A DNA stretch of 64,000 bases. Origin: an uncultured delta proteobacterium. GTDB lineage: Bacteria > Desulfobacterota > Desulfuromonadia > Geobacterales > Pseudopelobacteraceae. The notes under the pieces are model-generated. The model did not search any database and had not been told where the DNA came from. It worked only from the letters and a program-made list of their open reading frames with translations. A program made the translations under genes and the position numbers. Below, one piece after another: positions 57,132 through 64,000 of the stretch (its first letter is position 1; every line of letters starts with the position of its first letter). Location of the stretch: contig CAVYYZ010000008.1 of NCBI GenBank assembly GCA_963772835.1, positions 288,001 to 352,000 of the forward strand, given 5' to 3'.

Positions 57132-58992
57132 GCCTCTGAGGTCAATGCCTATTCCTGCATTTATTATTTTAATTATTTATGATAGAGCTATAGTTACTGC
57201 ACTATAATTATGTTTTAAGAGCGGCCTCAAGTGGCAACACTTTTGTTGGCAGGGTTTTCTATATGTAAATTTTATTAGGAGACACCTTGAACGCACTGAT
57301 CTCAATTACCTCAAAAATATGCGGTATTTTCACAAAAATGTGCCGCTATGTCCTGACCTGTTTCCTTTTGATTTTGATTTTGATTGTTTCGACTGCTGCT
57401 CACTCTAGCGGTGACGGCCTTCTCACTCCGGAAGAACAGCGTTGGCTCAATGAAAACAAGTCACGTATCGTCATTGCAGTTGAAACCGGTTACCCACCCT
57501 ACGTATTTCTCGATTCAAAAGGCAAACCATCCGGTCTCGCCCACGACTATCTACTCAAAATTGAATCGAAACTTGGCGTCAACTTCTCTCAGATACAATT
57601 ATCAAATCTGGATGAAATCTTCTCAAAGGTTCGTAATGGTGAAGTCCAGATAGTCAATGCTGTAACCAAAACCCCCGCCAGATCAGAATTTCTCTCTTTC
57701 ACAGAACCGTTCATCTCGGTGCCGAACGTTATTATAGTGCGTAAAGAACGATCAGGAGAGATGCTGGAGAACGATCTTTCAGGGTTGAAGGTGTCACTCG
57801 TAGACAAATATGCCATCACGGAGCACCTTTCAAAAGCAGGAACCGGCATAGTTGTAGATATTGTTCCCAATGATCTCACAGCTCTCCTGAATGTTTCTTT
57901 TGGGCAATCCGATGCCGCCGTAATCGATCTTGCTACAGCCTCCTATCTGATATCTCAAAAGGGCATTACAAACCTGCGTGTGGCGGGCGAAGCGTCCCGT
58001 AGCATACAGCTTTCGATGGCTGTTCCTCATTCCGAGGCTATTCTGCAGAACATTATCCAGAAAGGTCTTAATTCAATCACTGAGGCAGAGCAGCACAAAA
58101 TTCGTGACAAATGGATTCACTCTGAGAAAAGGGATATTCTTTCAGACTGGCGTTTCTGGGCTTTCGTTGGCTGTACACTTTTTGTTATCTGTTCGCTGAT
58201 AATCGGAAGTTTGATCTGGAATAAGATGCTGAGAAGGCAGGTTGCTCAGCGTACCAGTGAACTGGCAAAAGGACAGGAGGCCCTACGGCAAAGCGAATCA
58301 AGACACCGGACAATGGTTGAAAGTATTACAGATGTTATCGCCATCGTAGACCAGAACGGAATAAACAAATACAAAAGTCCAAATATCGAAAAATTATTCG
58401 GCTGGCGTCAAGATGAAGTTGTTGGTCAAGACACATGGAAACACATTCACCCTGATGATCTGGCCGCAGAGCAGAAAAACTTTGCGGATCTGCTGTGTGA
58501 GGGAAACAGATCTATTATGTCAGAATGCCGCTATCTGTGCAAGGATGGCAGTTATAAATGGATTGAACATACCGCCGCCAATTTACTGCATGACCCTGAC
58601 ATTTCCGGAGTTTTGTTGAGTTATCACGATATCACCGAGCGCAAAAGGGCTGAGGATGAACTGCGTGAAAGTGAAGCATACAATCGGATGCTCTTTGATC
58701 AATCACCGATTGGTCTTGCGCTTACTCGCATGGACGGTGCGCTGGTTGATGTAAATCAGGCGTATGCCGACATTATCGGCAGAACCATTGATGAAACGTT
58801 TAATCTGACCTACTGGGATGTAACACCTGAAAAATATTCTTTACAGGAACAGGAGCAGCTAACAGCACTTAACACGGTGGGTGAGTATGGGCCATATGAA
58901 AAAGAATATATTCATAAGGACGGGCACCTTGTACCAGTCTTACTGCAGGGCTTACTGATCGAACGTAATGGCGAAAAATATATCTGGTCTAG

Positions 58993-60673
58993 GAGTCTGT
59001 CGGGCTTATAGCACGCCAACATGACTGGTTCCGCTTAAATTAGCATAACAACTTGATATTATTGGATTAAGTATCATTTTTTTCTTGCTTTTTCATTGGT
59101 TTCCATGTAGGTTACGCCTGTAATATCAGCTGGTTAGATATTGGAGGCGTGCATGGAACCCAATTTTTTAGAGGTGGATCGAGAGACTCTGTATCTTCTG
59201 CCACCTTCAGTGCAGGACTGGTTGCCCGAAGGGCACCTGGCCCGGTTTGTCGTCGAGATTGTAGAACAACTCGACCTACGTTCTTTGAAAGCATCATATG
59301 CCGGTCGTGGTTCCCAGCCGTACAATCCTGCAATGCTTCTGGCGCTTCTCTTCTACGGTTACTCTACCGGTGTATTTTCCAGTCGGAAACTGGAGCGCAG
59401 CACATATGACTCGGTAGCATTTCGGTTCATTGCAGCAAACCGTCATCCTGATCACGACACCATTGCCACATTCAGGAAGCGGTTCCTGAAAGAGCTTTCC
59501 GGTTTATTCGTTCAGATTCTGCTGATTGCCCGCCAGATGAACATGCTGAAGTTGGGCAGCGTCAGCCTGGATGGCAGCAAGGTTAAGGCAAATGCCTCCA
59601 AACACAAAGCCTTGAGTTATGAGCATGCCTGCAAACTGGAAGTACAGCTCAAATCGGAAGTTGCAGAGCTTCTCAAGAGAGCTGAATCAGCCGACAAAGC
59701 TGACATTCCTGATGGCATGAGCGTTCCAGAAGAACTTCAGCGTCGTGAACAACGTCTTTCTGGCATTGCCGCCGCCAAGGCCGAGATTGAACGTCGTGCT
59801 GCCGAGCATCATACTCGTGAGCAGGCTGCATACGAGGAGAAGGTCGCTGCACGGGCAAAGAAGGCAGAAGAAACCGGCAAGAAACCGAAAGGCAAACAGC
59901 CCAAACCACCGACAGCGGGTCCAAGCTCCAAAGATCAGGTCAACCTGACGGATGAAGAGTCCCGTATCATGCCGGTCTCTGGCGGCGGCTTTGAGCAGAC
60001 CTACAATGCCCAAGCTGCTGTTGATACTGAATCAAAGCTGATAGTAGCTGCCCATATAACCCAGCAGTCCAACGATAAACAGGAACTTGAACCAACCCTG
60101 AGAAATCTGGCTGCCTTACCAAAGCAACTCGGCACAGTCACCGAGCTACTTGCCGACAGTGGCTACTTCAGCGAGACCAACGTCAATGCCTGCGTAGGTG
60201 AAGAGATAACGCCATACATCGCAGTAGATCGGCAAAGCCATAACCGGTCACTGTGGGAACGCTTTAAGGAACCGCCACCACTGCCCGATGATGCTGATTC
60301 AGTAACCACAATGAAACACCGATTAAAAACCAAGGCTGGCAAGGCAGTATATGCACTTCGCAAGGTAACCTCAGAACCGGTCTTTGGCATAATCAAGGCG
60401 GTCATGGGATTCCGTAGCTTCATGCTGCGCGGCAAAGATTCAGCAGAGGGAGAATGGAACCTCGCCTGCATGGCGTACAACATCAAACGGATGCATAGCT
60501 TGAAAATGGCTTGAGAAAGAGCAAAACATCATATGTTCAGGGAAACTAGCATACAAACTACACTTGAACCAATCCACGTGTCGAAACTGAATCTGTAGAC
60601 GGATCAGGATCAACCAGCGGATTCAAATTACGGGTCTAACCAATTCGGCTAAAAACTCAAGGCCGACAGACTC
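58993..60673 (+). mobile_element. IS1182-family insertion sequence, 1681 bp, with a CTAG target-site duplication
   Basis: Terminal IRs gagtctgtcggGctt / gagtctgtcggCctt (reverse complement); CTAG at 58989-58992 and 60674-60677; single transposase ORF. Confidence 0.92.
59153..60514 (+). CDS. IS1182 family transposase
   Basis: LLPPSVQDWLPEGHLARF, FSSRKLE, PDHDTIATFR, LDGSKVKANAS, TDEESRIM, YNAQ, LADSGY, EPVFGIIK; GGAGG RBS. Confidence 0.93.
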   Translation: MEPNFLEVDRETLYLLPPSVQDWLPEGHLARFVVEIVEQLDLRSLKASYAGRGSQPYNPAMLLALLFYGYSTGVFSSRKLERSTYDSVAFRFIAANRHPDHDTIATFRKRFLKELSGLFVQILLIARQMNMLKLGSVSLDGSKVKANASKHKALSYEHACKLEVQLKSEVAELLKRAESADKADIPDGMSVPEELQRREQRLSGIAAAKAEIERRAAEHHTREQAAYEEKVAARAKKAEETGKKPKGKQPKPPTAGPSSKDQVNLTDEESRIMPVSGGGFEQTYNAQAAVDTESKLIVAAHITQQSNDKQELEPTLRNLAALPKQLGTVTELLADSGYFSETNVNACVGEEITPYIAVDRQSHNRSLWERFKEPPPLPDDADSVTTMKHRLKTKAGKAVYALRKVTSEPVFGIIKAVMGFRSFMLRGKDSAEGEWNLACMAYNIKRMHSLKMA

Positions 60674-62423
60674 CTAGCGTGGAAGACATCACCGATCGAA
60701 AAAATGCGGAGGAAGCATTATGGAAAGAGAAGGCTTTCCTGCGCTCACTCATCGATTCGGCCTTCGATCTCATTTACTTCAAAGACATCAATAGCCTCTA
60801 TCTCGGCTGCAACAAAGCATCTGAATTATTTTCCGGAATTTCTGAAGCGGAGCAAATTGGCAAATCTGACTTTGATTTTTTTGACAAGGAAACGGCAGAG
60901 CGTATTCTGACCAGTGACCAAGAGGTTTTGAAAGGTGGAGTTTCGGTCCATCTGGAAGAGTCGGTCATAGCCGCTGATGGAAACAGATTGATTCTGGACA
61001 CAGTGAAGGCTCCAATCCTGGGAAAAGAGGGGCAACCCATTGGCCTTGTGGGGATATCTCGTGACATCACCAGTCAACGCAAGGCAGAGCAGCAATTACT
61101 ACAGACTCAGAAATTGGAATCGATAGGAAGCCTGGCCGGTGGAGTTGCCCATGACTTCAACAACTTGCTGACGGTTATTATGGGACACGTTCAGCTTGGC
61201 CTCATGAAGTTGGATACAAATCACCCCATCAGTAATCATCTTAAGGAAATTATGAATACGGCAGAACGTTCAGCCGATCTCACACGGCAGCTACTTGCGT
61301 TTGCCAGAAAGCAGGTTATTTCACCGAAAATTATTGACCTTAATGAGGTGATAGATGGAATGCTCAAGATGCTGCGGCGACTCATTGGGGAGGATATTCA
61401 TCTTGCATGGCATCCTGCACCAGGCCTGTGGCAGATAAAGGCTGATCCAAGCCAGATAGACCAGATTCTTGCCAATCTCTGTGTCAATGCCAGGGATGCC
61501 ATTAAGGGTACCGGGCGGATCACAATTGAGACCCGGAACAACACCGTTGATTCCAGCTATTGTGAAGTAAACCCGGATGCGGTTCCCGGTGAGTACGTGC
61601 ATTTGAGTATCAGTGACGATGGTAGTGGCATGGATAAGGAAACGATGGCCCGTGTATTTGAACCATTTTTCACTACAAAAGGCATCGGTGAAGGCACTGG
61701 ACTCGGTTTGGCCACCGTGTACGGTATTGTCAAGCAGAACAACGGATTTATCAATATCTACAGTGAACCAGGGAAGGGCACAACTTTTACTATTCATCTC
61801 CCACGGGAAGTGAGTGAAATTCAAAAATCTCTGACTGAGACAAAGACGGCACCACTACCAAAAGGTCATGAGACAATACTGTTAGTGGAAGACGAACCGG
61901 CAATATTGTATACAACCTCGCAGCTGCTCGAAATGCAGGGTTATACACTGCTGACTGCAGGAACACCCGGTGAAGCCATGCGTCTGGCACTCGAACATGC
62001 TGGAGAGATCAATCTACTCATAACCGATGTGATCATGCCTGAGATGAATGGCAAGGACTTGGCCAATAGGCTTCAGTCCTTGAATCCTCTGCTCAAGTGC
62101 CTCTTTATGTCAGGCTACACGGCAAATGTCATAGCTCAGCATGGAGTGCTTGATGAAGGAGTGTGTTTTATCCAGAAACCGTTCTCGTTACCAAACCTGG
62201 CAGCAAAAGTGCGTGGAGTGCTTGGATAGTAATTCTGAGAAATTTTGTTTTTTGGACACAAAGGTGTCAAAAAGGCCTGTAAATATGATTGTGTAGATGC
62301 TTTTTAGGTGAGATAAAAGTCGGTATTGTCAAACAATAAAAAAGCTATTGTAAACCCTCCAAAGTCCTCTTCAGAAACTCCCGCAACTGGGCAAAGCGGT
62401 GCGGTTTGCTTAAAAAACCAGCA

Positions 62424-62505
62424 ATGAATTGCCTTGTGAACATCTGTTGGATAAGAGAACAGCGGAATGCCCCCCGCCCAGTTGTTACGCCATAATTTTG
62501 ACCAT
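62424..62505 (-). pseudogene. IS256-family transposase internal remnant
   Basis: SKLWRNNWAGGIPLFSYPTDVHKAI resembles the IS256 segment SxSWRxNWxxxxPFFxYPxEIRKxI. Confidence 0.6.
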
Positions 62506-62552
62506 TCTTCTGCCATTTTTCCAGTGGTTTCATCCTTACTGAAACGGATACC

Positions 62553-63770
62553 ATGCCCACTACGGATCGAAATATTGTACTGCTTTTTACCACCCGCACC
62601 CTCCGGCTCTTCGGGTATGGCTTTCTTTCCGTCGTACTCGCCCTTTATCTTTCGGAATCAGGTTTTGACAACTTTTTCATGGGATTATTGTTCTCGTTAA
62701 CGCTTGTCGGCGATGCGGGAATCTCGCTTCTGCTTACTACTGCAGCTGACCGTTTCGGCCGTAAGAAAACACTCGTCATTGGAGCTGTCCTCATGATGGC
62801 GGCCGGGGTTGTTTTTGTTCTGACGAGCAATCCCCTGCTTCTCATCCTTGCCGCAATCATTGGCGTGATAAGTCCGAGCGGAAACGAAATAGGCCCCTTC
62901 CTTCCCGTTGAGCAGGCGATGCTCTCCCAGCTTGTTTCAAAAGAACGGCGAACGGGACTCTTTGCCTGGTATAATCTGGCCGGGTCACTGGCAACGGCAT
63001 TCGGCGCGCTTGCCGGAGGAGTCCTTTCAAAAACGCTGCAAAACGGCGGCATGAGCCCGCTTGATTCATATCGTGTTATTCTACTTGGCTATGCTCTCAT
63101 CGGTGGAGTTTTGGCGCTTGTATTTACCGGGCTTTCAAAGGAGTGTGAGACAACACTGTCTGCATCTCATGTCGTGCCGAGAAACCGGGTCGGCCTGCAC
63201 AAGTCCCGTGGAGTGATATTCAAACTGTCGATGCTCTTTTCACTGGATGCATTTGCGGGGGGCTTTGTCCTGCAGAGTTTCATGGCATACTGGTTTCATA
63301 TCCGTTACGGGTCGGATGAAGCAATGTTGGGGGGGATATTCTTTGGGGCCAATCTGCTCGCCGGCTTTTCGGCGCTTCTTGCCGTGCCGCTCGCAAAAAA
63401 AATCGGGCTGATTCGAACTATGGTGTTTACCCATCTGCCTTCTAATATTCTTCTTATACTTGTTCCGCTTATGCCGAATTACCCGCTTGCAATCAGCGTC
63501 CTTCTATTGCGGTTCAGTATCTCACAGATGGACGTACCGACCCGCCAGGCCTACACGATGGCCGTGGTCGCTCCGGATGAGCGTTCTGCCGCAGCCGGCA
63601 TAACCGGTATCGCCCGCTCGGTCGGGGCGTCGCTTTCTCCCGTTGTTGCCGGTGCTCTGTTGTCGGTGTTTCTGAGTAGCCCGTTTATAATCGCCGGTGG
63701 GCTGAAGATTGTGTATGATCTTATCCTGTTCAGAAATTTCAAGGCGTCCAGGGTGTCAGACGAGTTCTAG
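62553..63770 (+). CDS. MFS transporter
   Basis: 12-TM profile, ADRFGRKKTL motif A, SPSGNEIGPF, SQMDVPTRQAY. Confidence 0.88.
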   Translation: MPTTDRNIVLLFTTRTLRLFGYGFLSVVLALYLSESGFDNFFMGLLFSLTLVGDAGISLLLTTAADRFGRKKTLVIGAVLMMAAGVVFVLTSNPLLLILAAIIGVISPSGNEIGPFLPVEQAMLSQLVSKERRTGLFAWYNLAGSLATAFGALAGGVLSKTLQNGGMSPLDSYRVILLGYALIGGVLALVFTGLSKECETTLSASHVVPRNRVGLHKSRGVIFKLSMLFSLDAFAGGFVLQSFMAYWFHIRYGSDEAMLGGIFFGANLLAGFSALLAVPLAKKIGLIRTMVFTHLPSNILLILVPLMPNYPLAISVLLLRFSISQMDVPTRQAYTMAVVAPDERSAAAGITGIARSVGASLSPVVAGALLSVFLSSPFIIAGGLKIVYDLILFRNFKASRVSDEF

Positions 63771-63777
63771 CGTAGCA

Positions 63778-64000
63778 TCACGTCTTCCTGATCTTTAACT
63801 CTTCCGTCTCGATCCACGCATCGATTGCAGCAGGCGCCATTGGCCGTGCAATCAGGAAGCCCTGCCCAAACTGGCAGTTCAGTCCCTTTATCTGATCAAG
63901 TTGATGGTCCAGTTCCACCCCTTCGGCAATGACATCAAAATTAAGACTTTTAGCCAGTGAAATAATCGACGTAATGATCTCCTGGTTTCCGCCTTGGGCG
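63778..64000 (-). CDS. C-terminus of an EAL-domain (c-di-GMP phosphodiesterase) protein, truncated by the window edge
   Basis: Minus strand reads IISLAKSLNFDVIAEGVE..QL..CQFGQGFLIARPM; not in the supplied ORF track. Confidence 0.85.
   Translation of the reverse strand, partial: AQGGNQEIITSIISLAKSLNFDVIAEGVELDHQLDQIKGLNCQFGQGFLIARPMAPAAIDAWIETEELKIRKT

Larger units (their letters stand above)
57287..62229 (+). pseudogene. Hybrid sensor kinase (solute-binding, TM, 3 PAS, HisKA, HATPase, REC; ~1085 aa) interrupted by IS1182
   Basis: 5' half 57287-58992 and 3' half 60678-62229 join in frame (KYIWS-S-VEDITDRK) when the IS and one CTAG are removed; GVAHDFNNLL H-box, FEPFFTTK, REC LLITDVIMP. Confidence 0.9.

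Noticed and set aside
56830..64000. Integrase-type genomic island or prophage at tRNA-Arg
   Set aside because: No integrase, phage genes or att duplication of the tRNA 3' end seen within the window; one could lie beyond the edge
1..64000. CRISPR array, cas genes, rRNA, or known anti-phage systems
   Set aside because: No regularly spaced direct repeats or such genes seen; almost all sequence is explained by the listed genes

Overview
This is a bacterial chromosomal window. Gene content and families point to a Geobacteraceae/Desulfuromonadales deltaproteobacterium (inference). From 0.15 to 10.2 kb on the minus strand lies a respiratory nitrate reductase operon: diheme cytochrome c (narC-like), narG, narH, narJ, narI, narK1, narK2. 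narH and narJ each carry three single-base insertions, most likely sequencing errors. A divergent bcp-yceI-rubrerythrin cluster shares an intergenic Crp/Fnr-type palindrome with it. From 12 to 56 kb is mostly core or housekeeping content: sensor kinase, copA, lpxH, PBP, LOG, mglBA, tRNA-Ser, rnhA, plsC, a GGQ rescue factor, a Liv-type ABC transporter, polA, IclR, two radical SAM enzymes, LysM-NlpC/P60, a cdaA-YbbR fusion, ubiE, fabI, hflX, tpx, HNH and tRNA-Arg. After tRNA-Arg is an accessory stretch: a ~1085-aa hybrid sensor kinase cleanly split by an intact IS1182-family element (CTAG target duplication) and bracketed by two decayed IS256 transposase fragments. An MFS transporter and the end of an EAL-domain gene follow. 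No CRISPR, prophage, rRNA or recognisable riboswitch was seen. I found no clearly new multi-gene system. The best leads are the extra domain in NarK1, the C12orf65/MTRFR-like release factor, the cyanobacterial-type amino-acid ABC transporter, a palindromic in-frame insert in polA, and a Cys-rich microprotein.
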